Positions 1-7,087 of a DNA stretch of 41,729 bases are shown here, in pieces. The notes beneath the pieces are model-generated. The model ran no database searches. It had not been told where the DNA came from and saw only the letters and a list, made by a program, of their open reading frames with translations. Numbering within the stretch: position 1 is the stretch's first letter; each line of letters starts with the position of its first letter. Source of the DNA: a virus (lineage: Duplodnaviria; Caudoviricetes); the IMG/VR virus record IMGVR_UViG_3300037419_000463, positions 1 through 41,729 of that record; one strand, 5' to 3'. Position numbers and translations under genes: made by a program.

Positions 1-127
1 GAGTTGGTTCAACTCGGCCATGAGTGCCGCGCGGAGGGCCCATGATGCTGAGGCCGAACTCGCCGACGCCACCACGGCAGCCCAGAACCTGCGAGACGAA
101 CTGCAAGGCGCGCAGGAACGACTGCGG
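1..127. repeat. Exact 127-bp direct repeat, copy 1 (circular overlap / assembly branch point)
   Basis: 1-127 is identical to 41400-41526; the two copies diverge at the next base (c128 vs g41527). Confidence 0.95.
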
Positions 128-274
128 CGGGTGCGGGAACTGCACGTGCGCCGCCCCTGGCACTGGGCGAGGGACTCCGTGACGTTCGGCCAGTCCGACT
201 ACCCGGACCGGTGCGACCACTGCCACCGCGACTGGCCGTGCGAGACCGCGACCGCGCTGGACGCCGAGCCGTGA
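1..274 (+). CDS. 3' part of coiled-coil protein with C-terminal CxxC...WPC Zn motif; continues ORF 41221 across the circular junction
   Basis: Same frame and sequence as ORF 41221 through QERLR, then RVRELH...RCDHCHRDWPCET. Confidence 0.7.
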   Translation, partial: SWFNSAMSAARRAHDAEAELADATTAAQNLRDELQGAQERLRRVRELHVRRPWHWARDSVTFGQSDYPDRCDHCHRDWPCETATALDAEP

Positions 275-459
275 CCCGCGACGAAGCCCAAGCCGCGTAC
301 GACACCGCACGCCTCAGATTCGCCGACGCCTGCATGACCGACCCGCCCGACCGGGAAGCGTGGGACGACGCGAAAGACGAACTCACCCGGGCCGCGAGAA
401 ACCTACGCGGCTACCCACGAACCCTCTACGGCACCAGCACCGCGGAAGGAGCCGCATGA
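271..459 (+). CDS. Hypothetical protein (MTRDEAQAAY...)
   Basis: GTGA overlap with the upstream stop and ATGA overlap downstream. Confidence 0.65.
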   Translation: MTRDEAQAAYDTARLRFADACMTDPPDREAWDDAKDELTRAARNLRGYPRTLYGTSTAEGAA

Positions 460-635
460 CCGCCACCCACTGCGACCGGCCCGACTGCGACACCTGGGCC
501 ACCACCACACACGCCCACGCAGCCGGATTCGTCACCGTCACCGCACAAGACGGCGTGCGCAACTACTGCGGCTGGAACTGCCTGCTCCTCGAAGCAGCGA
601 AAGTGCCACCCCCCACCGTGATCGCCAACGACTGA
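456..635 (+). CDS. Small Cys-rich hypothetical protein
   Basis: GGAAGGAG RBS, ATGA overlap, CDRPDC and CGWNC motifs. Confidence 0.65.
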   Translation: MTATHCDRPDCDTWATTTHAHAAGFVTVTAQDGVRNYCGWNCLLLEAAKVPPPTVIAND

Positions 636-650
636 CGCAGAGGACAAGCC

Positions 651-1370
651 GTGAACGACTCCCCCACCCTCGCCGGCCGCACACCATGCGCCCGCGACCA
701 CACCATCCACGGACACCACAACCCCGACTGCACCTGCACCCCCGAATGCCCCGACCACCAGGACCACTGCAAAGGCTGCGCACCAGCACTCGCCGCCACC
801 GGCCAACTCTGCACCCGCTGCTACGACCGCACCCGCGACGCCCTCAACTCCATCCCCGAACTCGTCGCCCTCGTCGCACGCCGCAACGACGGCAAACTGT
901 CACTGCTGCGGCAGAACACCGACGCCACCCGCCGCGTCACCCTCGCCCACGCACCCTCACCATCCCCCGCATGGGACGCAGCCGAGGAAATGTGCCAGTG
1001 GATGCTGTTCCTCGCCCTCGCCTGCGCAGACGAGAACAAGCACCGAGGCCCGTTCGTGTACCGCCGCGACGGTGTGCCCGGCCGGAACCTCACCACCCTG
1101 ACCCGGTATGTCGTCGCCAACCTGCCCTGGTACGCGCAGGACATCCCCGAGGACATCTACGCCGAAGCCACCGGGTACGCGAAGAACCTCGAGCGGATGA
1201 GCGGCACCGACCAGCTCGTCCACCGCGTCAAGATCCCCTGCCCGACCTGCAACCTGCGCAGCCTGGTCCGTGAGGACGGATCTGGTGAGGTCGAGTGCCG
1301 CAACAAGGAATGTGGCCGCATCTGGCGTGAGGGCGAGTTCGACTGGATGGCCCATGTCGCAGTTTCGTGA
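651..1370 (+). CDS. Zn-finger protein, possible late-transcription regulator
   Basis: GAGGA RBS; CxxC pairs at both ends (CTRC, CPTC...CRNKEC); located at the end of the early operon just before a late promoter. Confidence 0.65.
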   Translation: MNDSPTLAGRTPCARDHTIHGHHNPDCTCTPECPDHQDHCKGCAPALAATGQLCTRCYDRTRDALNSIPELVALVARRNDGKLSLLRQNTDATRRVTLAHAPSPSPAWDAAEEMCQWMLFLALACADENKHRGPFVYRRDGVPGRNLTTLTRYVVANLPWYAQDIPEDIYAEATGYAKNLERMSGTDQLVHRVKIPCPTCNLRSLVREDGSGEVECRNKECGRIWREGEFDWMAHVAVS

Positions 1371-1596
1371 CTGGCACCCCGAGCGCCGGCTTCTCACCAT
1401 CGACGAGGCAGCCCTGTCCATCGCCCGCCCCGAATCCACCATCCGCAGGTGGATGGCAACCGGGCACCTCACCCCGTTCGCGCGGATCGGCCGCACCCCA
1501 CTGATCCGCGAGTCTGACCTGCTCGAAACAGAGGCGCGCCTCCGCAGGACTGTCACACCCGTGCGAGACAATGAAACGCCCCCGCGGGAGCGGTAA
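1354..1596 (+). CDS. HTH DNA-binding protein (MerR/excisionase-like)
   Basis: LLTIDEAALSIARPESTIRRWMATGHL is an HTH_17-type pattern. Confidence 0.75.
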   Translation: MSQFRDWHPERRLLTIDEAALSIARPESTIRRWMATGHLTPFARIGRTPLIRESDLLETEARLRRTVTPVRDNETPPRER

Positions 1597-1632
1597 CTCC
1601 CCGAGGGCCTGACCGACTAGATAGGAGTCGAT

Positions 1633-2259
1633 ATGAGCAAGCGTAGCCGCAGCCTCGACGAACTGGAAGACACCCCCGCCAGCCGCCGCAACTGGTGCTG
1701 CTGGCCCAAGTGCCTCAACCAGCGCACGTCAGAGATCCCGCTCTGCACCGCGCACATCACCATCGCCCACGGCGTGTGGGAGAACACCCAATCCAACGAC
1801 CGCGACGACACGGTCTACGCCTTCACGGCCTACGTCAGCGAACCGCAGCCGGCGAAGCCCGAACGCAAGCCGACGCCACACGGAACCGTCTACTACGTCC
1901 GCTCCGGTGGGTTCATCAAGATCGGCTGGACATCCAGCCTGCAAGGCCGGATGAAGGCGTACCCGCCCGACAGCGTCCTCCTCGCCACCGAACCCGGAAC
2001 CAGGGCAGACGAGACGCGCAGGCACCGGCAGTTCGCCGCGCACCGCACCCACGGCCGCGAGTGGTACGCCATGACCGCCGACCTCATGCGGCACATCGAC
2101 CGCGTCAAGACCGACCACGGCGAGCCCGACACCGTCGCGTTCGCAGCTCAGCCCGTCAAGGTGCCGCAGCCACGACCGAAGCAGTACGTGGGCGGCAACT
2201 ACCGCGGCAACGGCCTAATCGGTGAGGCACGAAGAAACGCCACCCCTTTACGCCCTTGA
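1633..2259 (+). CDS. GIY-YIG-family (T5orf172/MUG113-like) nuclease-domain protein
   Basis: VYYVRSGGFIKIGWT...R...E...HRQF...REWY motif; AGGAG RBS. Confidence 0.75.
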   Translation: MSKRSRSLDELEDTPASRRNWCCWPKCLNQRTSEIPLCTAHITIAHGVWENTQSNDRDDTVYAFTAYVSEPQPAKPERKPTPHGTVYYVRSGGFIKIGWTSSLQGRMKAYPPDSVLLATEPGTRADETRRHRQFAAHRTHGREWYAMTADLMRHIDRVKTDHGEPDTVAFAAQPVKVPQPRPKQYVGGNYRGNGLIGEARRNATPLRP

Positions 2260-2284
2260 CCCGCGAGCGTACCTGTAGTACGCT
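2256..2284 (+). promoter_or_regulatory. SigA-like promoter, probable late promoter, overlapped by a palindrome
   Basis: TTGACC(2256-2261)-17 bp-TACGCT(2279-2284); inverted repeat AGCGTAC-N5-GTACGCT at 2266-2284. Confidence 0.6.
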
Positions 2285-2291
2285 GCCGCTA

Positions 2292-2330
2292 GCGGCACTC
2301 CCATACCAAATCGGGGGTGCCGTTTGCGTT
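2292..2330 (+). terminator. Intrinsic terminator/attenuator immediately after the promoter
   Basis: GCGGCACTCCC / GGGGGTGCCGT stem followed by TTGCGTT. Confidence 0.55.
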
Positions 2331-2426
2331 GCACGGGACAGCAGCGCACCCACTTCGCCGCACCGCTTGGGGTTGAGCGTGTCCCCCAGTGCTCCCCCAG
2401 CGGTGCGGTCCCATGAAGGGACGCTC

Positions 2427-2660
2427 ATGGACCTTGCCACTGCCCTGGCCCAGACCGAGACGCGCAAGGGGCCACAGTGCTCCGTCTGCAAGCTCCTCGC
2501 CGAACCGCCCAAGGGTGTTGACGCGGGCGAGCTGCGGGATGCGTTGTCGTCGAACCTTGAGCACAACCACCTTGCCCGGGCGCTTGCCGTGCTGACTGGT
2601 GAGCCAAGGTGGGCGAACCGTGGGGCTACGATCCGCGCGCACCGATCGACGCACTCGTGA
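2427..2660 (+). CDS. Small CxxC / HTH-like protein
   Basis: GAAGGGA RBS, PQCSVC motif, GTGA-coupled to the phosphoesterase. Confidence 0.7.
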   Translation: MDLATALAQTETRKGPQCSVCKLLAEPPKGVDAGELRDALSSNLEHNHLARALAVLTGEPRWANRGATIRAHRSTHS

Positions 2661-3874
2661 ACCTCGAGGACGCGCTACGGGCCACTGAGCCCGTAGACGA
2701 CGCGCGCAGGGACCGGCCGCAGCACCCGAAGGGGTGGGAGCCGGGCTACGAGTGGAACGGGTCAACCGGCCACATCAGCACCGGCCCTGTTGGTGAGCGC
2801 CCGAAGACGTGGGACGAGTTCATCCGCGACGCCGGCCTGAACCCGGACGAGGTCGAGGTCGAGGAGCCTGTGCAGGTTCGCGGGTGGGATCTCGCCAGCC
2901 TTGAGGCGGTGAAGAACCCGGACTATGACCCGGAAGACCCCGACTCGCCTGAGTTCCTGCAGAAGCCGATCCGGGCTCACTACTATCGGCTCACCGTGCG
3001 CCGTCGGACTGCGGCGCTGGTGGACATCGCCGAACTGGTCAAGGCCGTCAAGCGCAAATCATCTCAGGCGTCCCGCAAGGCACCGCCTGAGATTATCGAC
3101 GCCGCATACCTCGTGGCGCTTGGTGACCTTCAGCTCGGCAAGATGGACGGCGACGGCGTCGAAGGCACGACCGAACGCTTCCTCACCAAGACCACCGAAG
3201 CCGTAGCCCGGTACAAGCGCATCGCCAAGGGCTCCACGGTCTACCTGACACACCTCGGCGACTGCATCGAGGGTTTCGTCTCCCAAGGCGGCGCGAACAC
3301 GTGGCGCACCACCCTGACCGTCACCGAGCAGGTTCGCCTGTACCGGTGGCTCCTCATGGAGCAGGTCAAGGCGTTCGCTGCGGTAGCGCCCAAGGTCGTT
3401 GTCGTCGGCGTTCCCGGCAACCACGACGAGGCGAACCGGCCACTACACACGTACGGCGACTCCTGGGCCATCGAGGCCCTGTCTGCCGTGAAGGACGTGT
3501 TCGCGCTCGCCGGCAACTACGAGCACGTGTCGTTCATCGCCCCGGCCCGTGACGAGCTCACGGTGACGCTGGATGTGTGCGGCACGATCGTGGGCATGGC
3601 GCACGGCCACCAGTGGCGTCCGGGGCAGCATGTGAACTGGTGGGCCAAGCAGGCTCACGGTCGGCAGGCTGTCGGAGACGCTCACTTGCTGCTGGCCGGT
3701 CACCTGCATCATCTGCGGATTGAGCAGACGGGCTCGGACAAGACGTTCCTGCAAGTCCCGGCGTTGGAGTCGGGCAGCCAGTGGTGGAAGCACCGTACTG
3801 GCGAGTGGGGTCAGCCGGGCATCGTCACCGCCGTTGTGGGTGGCGGCACTTGGCGTTCTCTGGAGGTGCTGTGA
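2657..3874 (+). CDS. Calcineurin-like metallophosphoesterase (Mre11/SbcD-like)
   Basis: GDLQ, LGDCIEG, GNHDE, HGH and GHLH motifs in canonical order. Confidence 0.85.
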   Translation: MNLEDALRATEPVDDARRDRPQHPKGWEPGYEWNGSTGHISTGPVGERPKTWDEFIRDAGLNPDEVEVEEPVQVRGWDLASLEAVKNPDYDPEDPDSPEFLQKPIRAHYYRLTVRRRTAALVDIAELVKAVKRKSSQASRKAPPEIIDAAYLVALGDLQLGKMDGDGVEGTTERFLTKTTEAVARYKRIAKGSTVYLTHLGDCIEGFVSQGGANTWRTTLTVTEQVRLYRWLLMEQVKAFAAVAPKVVVVGVPGNHDEANRPLHTYGDSWAIEALSAVKDVFALAGNYEHVSFIAPARDELTVTLDVCGTIVGMAHGHQWRPGQHVNWWAKQAHGRQAVGDAHLLLAGHLHHLRIEQTGSDKTFLQVPALESGSQWWKHRTGEWGQPGIVTAVVGGGTWRSLEVL

Positions 3875-3966
3875 TGGCAGATTTGCTCGCGTTCTTCGGG
3901 TTGCTGGTCGGATGCTTTGTGTTCGCAGCCCTCCTGATGTTCTGCCTCGGCCCTCCGAGGCGCTAA
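3874..3966 (+). CDS. 30-aa single-TM membrane protein
   Basis: TGATG overlap, GGAGG RBS, hydrophobic MADLLAFFGLLVGCFVFAALLMFCLG. Confidence 0.6.
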   Translation: MADLLAFFGLLVGCFVFAALLMFCLGPPRR

Positions 3967-3974
3967 CCCCCTAA

Positions 3975-4233
3975 GACTTGCCGCGCGCCCGAGCCACTAC
4001 ACGACCGCCTCGAGCCCATGACGTGCTGAGAGGCCGCGGCAACCCTTGTCCTCGCTACCGAGGATGCACCTGACGCTAGTTGGCCCGGACACCGAAGCCG
4101 GGAAAGGGGCGCAGGAAAAGTGAATAGCGCGAGCGGGGCCAGGTGTGAGCCGGCCCCGCTCGGCAAACCTACTTCGACGGCCCGTGAGACCGCCGACCAA
4201 GCGAGCTAAGGCTCCCAAGTTCGGGAGGTCCCA
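3975..4233 (+). ncRNA. Candidate structured non-coding RNA
   Basis: About 260 nt with no convincing ORF and at least six stems plus a possible pseudoknot (see findings). Confidence 0.4.
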
Positions 4234-4410
4234 ATGGGACTCAGCATGGAGCGCATGGCCCAAAACGAGGCCGCCGCACGACGCATCGGCGACGAGCGCA
4301 CCGCCGACTACTGGCGCGAATGCATCGAAGTCGCCAGCCTGCACGAGCAGCTGCGGCAATGGGACGTGCTGAAGGGCAGCCCAGAACACGACGGCCGGGT
4401 CAATGGCTAA
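4234..4410 (+). CDS. Hypothetical 58-aa protein (MGLSMERMAQNEAAARR...); not in the ORF track
   Basis: GGGAGG RBS; open to TAA at 4408-4410; overlaps the next start. Confidence 0.6.
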   Translation: MGLSMERMAQNEAAARRIGDERTADYWRECIEVASLHEQLRQWDVLKGSPEHDGRVNG

Positions 4411-4738
4411 CGGCAACTCGGCCGACTGCCACGCATCCGGCGCCGTGCCCTACATCGCCACCATCACCCGCGGCGACCTAGACCTCAAACTCTGCGGCCA
4501 CCACCTCGCCCAACACGTAGACGCCCTCACCGAACAAGGCTGGGACATCCACCCACTACGGCGAACCACAGGCAAAGGCGTCGGCACCGAAGCCACGCCC
4601 GACCACTTCGCACTCGGAACCGCCGCACCCAGCGCACCAACCTGGGCCGTGCGACACATCACCTGGTGCCGAGACTGCACCCAGCGTGAAGCCAGCATCG
4701 ACGGGCTCTGCGCACGATGCGCACCGAACGGGGACTGA
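4403..4738 (+). CDS. Cys/His-rich hypothetical protein
   Basis: LCGHH and CRDC...CARC motifs; continuous with the operon. Confidence 0.6.
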   Translation: MANGNSADCHASGAVPYIATITRGDLDLKLCGHHLAQHVDALTEQGWDIHPLRRTTGKGVGTEATPDHFALGTAAPSAPTWAVRHITWCRDCTQREASIDGLCARCAPNGD

Positions 4739-4739
4739 C

Positions 4740-4976
4740 GTGAGCGACATGAACGAGCGCATGGCATCCGCGCTCAGTTCAGTGCTGCACGACGCAGAGG
4801 ACGAGATGGTCCTCAAATGGGTGTGCGTCGTGGAGACAGTCGACGCCAAGGGTGAGCGCGGCGTCTGGTCACTCAACAGTGCCGGCTGCGAAACCTGGGA
4901 CAAGATCGGCATGTTCGGCTACGGGCTGCAGCGCGAACAGGCGCTCATGACCGCACGCCACATCGACGAGGACTAG
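4740..4976 (+). CDS. Hypothetical protein
   Basis: GC3-rich codon usage; starts right after the upstream stop. Confidence 0.65.
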   Translation: MSDMNERMASALSSVLHDAEDEMVLKWVCVVETVDAKGERGVWSLNSAGCETWDKIGMFGYGLQREQALMTARHIDED

Positions 4977-4985
4977 GGGCCGCTG

Positions 4986-5156
4986 ATGCTGTACGACGTG
5001 AAGTACCTCAACCGTGCGCGCGCTATCCCCGGCATCGCCACGGACACCGTCACCAGCAGCAAGCGTTATGCCCTCGAGCGAGCTCGCATACTGAACGACC
5101 GAGGCCAGCCCGCACACGTCGTCAACCAGCGCGGCGAGGCCATCACAGATCGGTGA
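4986..5156 (+). CDS. Hypothetical 56-aa protein (MLYDVKYLNRARAI...); not in the ORF track
   Basis: AGGGG RBS; fills the gap in the operon. Confidence 0.55.
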   Translation: MLYDVKYLNRARAIPGIATDTVTSSKRYALERARILNDRGQPAHVVNQRGEAITDR

Positions 5157-5191
5157 CATAACCGACGCGCACGCCACCCCACAGTGGCAGC

Positions 5192-5536
5192 ATGACCAGC
5201 ATGAGGCCCGTAGCCGTCCTAGCAGCCATCCTGACGCTCGCAGCGTGCAGCAACACGCCCGCACACCAAGCGAGCACCAGCAGCGCCACCAGGGCCACGC
5301 ACAGCACCGCAGACATCGCCTACCTCGCAGCCGTACGACCCAGCGTCCAAGGCTCCACAGACGCCGACCTCATCGGCCTGGGCAAACACGCCTGCGACCT
5401 ACTCGACGGCAACACGCTCCTCGACGTGGCAGACGGGCTCACACGGCAAGGGTTCAGCACGGCCGCAGCAGTAGCCATTACCACCGCAGCCATCCCCGCC
5501 TACTGCCCGCAGCACAAGGACAAGCTGACCCCGTGA
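5192..5536 (+). CDS. Lipoprotein, DUF732-like
   Basis: Signal peptide with lipobox LAAC; D..YL...G...C..L...A...YCP pattern. Confidence 0.7.
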   Translation: MTSMRPVAVLAAILTLAACSNTPAHQASTSSATRATHSTADIAYLAAVRPSVQGSTDADLIGLGKHACDLLDGNTLLDVADGLTRQGFSTAAAVAITTAAIPAYCPQHKDKLTP

Positions 5537-5547
5537 GGTGAAGGCGG

Positions 5548-5877
5548 ATGGCGTGGGAACAGAAGCGCCGCACCCCTGCTGACTACATCCACCCCGCCAA
5601 ACAACGCCGCATCCTCACTGCGCACGCCGGCATCTGCCACCTATGCGGACACGGTGGTGCCGACCAGGTAGACCACGTCATCGCATGGGCTGAGTGGACA
5701 CGCACAGACCTCAGCGTCCACGACGCAACCAACCTGCGCCCCGCACACGGCACACCCTGCCCCACCTGTGGCCGCAGCTGCCACGAGGACAAGACCAAGG
5801 CAGAGGCCGCACGTGGCAGGGCTCGCAAGCTCAGCAAGCTCAAGTACCCACAGCGCCAGCATCCAGGCCTTCTCTGA
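5548..5877 (+). CDS. HNH endonuclease (packaging-associated)
   Basis: CHLC...VDHVI...NLRPAH...CHEDKT; directly upstream of cos and terS. Confidence 0.8.
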   Translation: MAWEQKRRTPADYIHPAKQRRILTAHAGICHLCGHGGADQVDHVIAWAEWTRTDLSVHDATNLRPAHGTPCPTCGRSCHEDKTKAEAARGRARKLSKLKYPQRQHPGLL

Positions 5878-5941
5878 GCCCTCGCGCCTCGCTCGAGCCT
5901 GCCCGGTGGGGGGGATCCCCCTTCCGGCCAAGGGTGCTGCG

Positions 5942-5980
5942 CGGCTCGGTTAGCGGCTCGCCTTGGCTACGGGTCTGGGG
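5942..5980. other. Probable cos site / physical genome end
   Basis: Intergenic between HNH and terS; CGGCTCGGTTA followed by TACGGGTCTG resembles actinophage 3'-overhang ends; strand composition switches here. Confidence 0.45.
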
Positions 5981-6041
5981 ATCTTGAACCGAGCACCACC
6001 CGGCCGCCCAGGAGGCGGCCCTTTCGACCCAGGAGGTCACC

Positions 6042-6482
6042 ATGGCTGGTCGCGGTCCCGCGCCGAAGCCTGCGAGCCGTCGTGCGCGCACGAATTCCGA
6101 TGCTGGCAAGCCGCTCACCGTTCTGCGGTTCGAGCACGCTGCCGCACCTGAGCTTCCCGATGACATCGAGTGGCACGACCGCACCGTGGCGTGGTGGGCG
6201 ATGTGGGCGAACAGCCCGCAGGCCGAGACGTTCACGGAGACGGACTGGTCGTTCCTGCTGGACACGGCGCTGATGCATCACGCCATGTGGTCGAAGGGTC
6301 AGTGGACTCTTGCGGCTGAGGTGCGTCTTCGTGTCGCCAAGTTCGGCGCTACTCCCGAGGACCGTGCGCGGCTGCGCATGGTGTTCGCGGATGCGGACGA
6401 GAAGGACGAGCGTCGCGCCGAGAAGGCGTCGGCTCGGCAGCGTCGTGGTGGGCTCAAGGCCCTCCCCGCCGCAGGCGAGTGA
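6042..6482 (+). CDS. terS: Terminase small subunit
   Basis: MAGRGPAPKP...WW..W..SP...DW..L...E.R....FGATP.DR.RLR, typical of actinophage TerS; position. Confidence 0.85.
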   Translation: MAGRGPAPKPASRRARTNSDAGKPLTVLRFEHAAAPELPDDIEWHDRTVAWWAMWANSPQAETFTETDWSFLLDTALMHHAMWSKGQWTLAAEVRLRVAKFGATPEDRARLRMVFADADEKDERRAEKASARQRRGGLKALPAAGE

Positions 6483-7081
6483 CGCCTGAGCGAACCTGCG
6501 GTGGTTGTGGGCTCGACCTGACCGGCTGGCACGGGTCGTTCCTCTACTGCTCGCAGGCTTGTAGGTCTTGGCGTCGGCAGCACCCGAACGGTGAGATGCG
6601 GACGCTTCCTTCGACGTGCGCCCACTGCGGCGCGTCCATGGCCCACAAGCGAGCCGGGGCGGTCTACTGCTCGCGGTCGTGCAAGAGCATGGCCGGGTCG
6701 AAGCGACGCGATGCCGAGGATCCCTCGCGCAATGCTCGCCGCTACCAGGTTGAGCGTGACCGCCGCCGTGCCTATGCCGTGGAGTATGGGCGGAAGCGTC
6801 CCGAGGTCGGTCGTGCGGCTCGAGCCAAGCGAAAGGCCCTCGCGCGCAAGGCTGGCGTGCTCACGGTTAGCGGCAGGGACTGGCGTCGCCTCTGCGCGCG
6901 TCACGGCTGGCGCTGCTTCTACTGCGGCGAGCACGCGCACCTGACGATGGACCATGTCGTCCCGATCATTCGTGGCGGGCGGCACTCCATCGGCAACATC
7001 GTTCCGGCTTGCGTGTCCTGCAACTCGTCCAAGTCGCGTCGCTTCATCATGGAGTGGCGAGTGGCATCGGTCGGGAAGTGA
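6479..7081 (+). CDS. HNH homing endonuclease with N-terminal Zn fingers
   Basis: YCSQACR and YCSRSCK fingers; CFYC...MDHVVP...GNIVPACVSCNSSK. Confidence 0.85.
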   Translation: MTPERTCGGCGLDLTGWHGSFLYCSQACRSWRRQHPNGEMRTLPSTCAHCGASMAHKRAGAVYCSRSCKSMAGSKRRDAEDPSRNARRYQVERDRRRAYAVEYGRKRPEVGRAARAKRKALARKAGVLTVSGRDWRRLCARHGWRCFYCGEHAHLTMDHVVPIIRGGRHSIGNIVPACVSCNSSKSRRFIMEWRVASVGK

Positions 7082-7087
7082 TCGGAC

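Noticed and set aside
1-127. Biological direct terminal repeat of the virion DNA
   Set aside because: It lies mid-gene, its length matches an assembly k-mer, the second copy is not terminal, and the HNH-terS layout points to cos ends near 5945.
4025-4120. TPP-riboswitch-like words in order (GCTGAGA, ACCC, ACCTGA, GCGCAGG)
   Set aside because: No upstream GGG strand to form P2, extra inserts, no canonical P5 loop and no thiamine gene downstream; kept only as a generic structured-RNA candidate.
4141-4216. HDV-like ribozyme (GAGCC...GCTAAGGCTC)
   Set aside because: P1 and P1.1 could not be built convincingly by eye.
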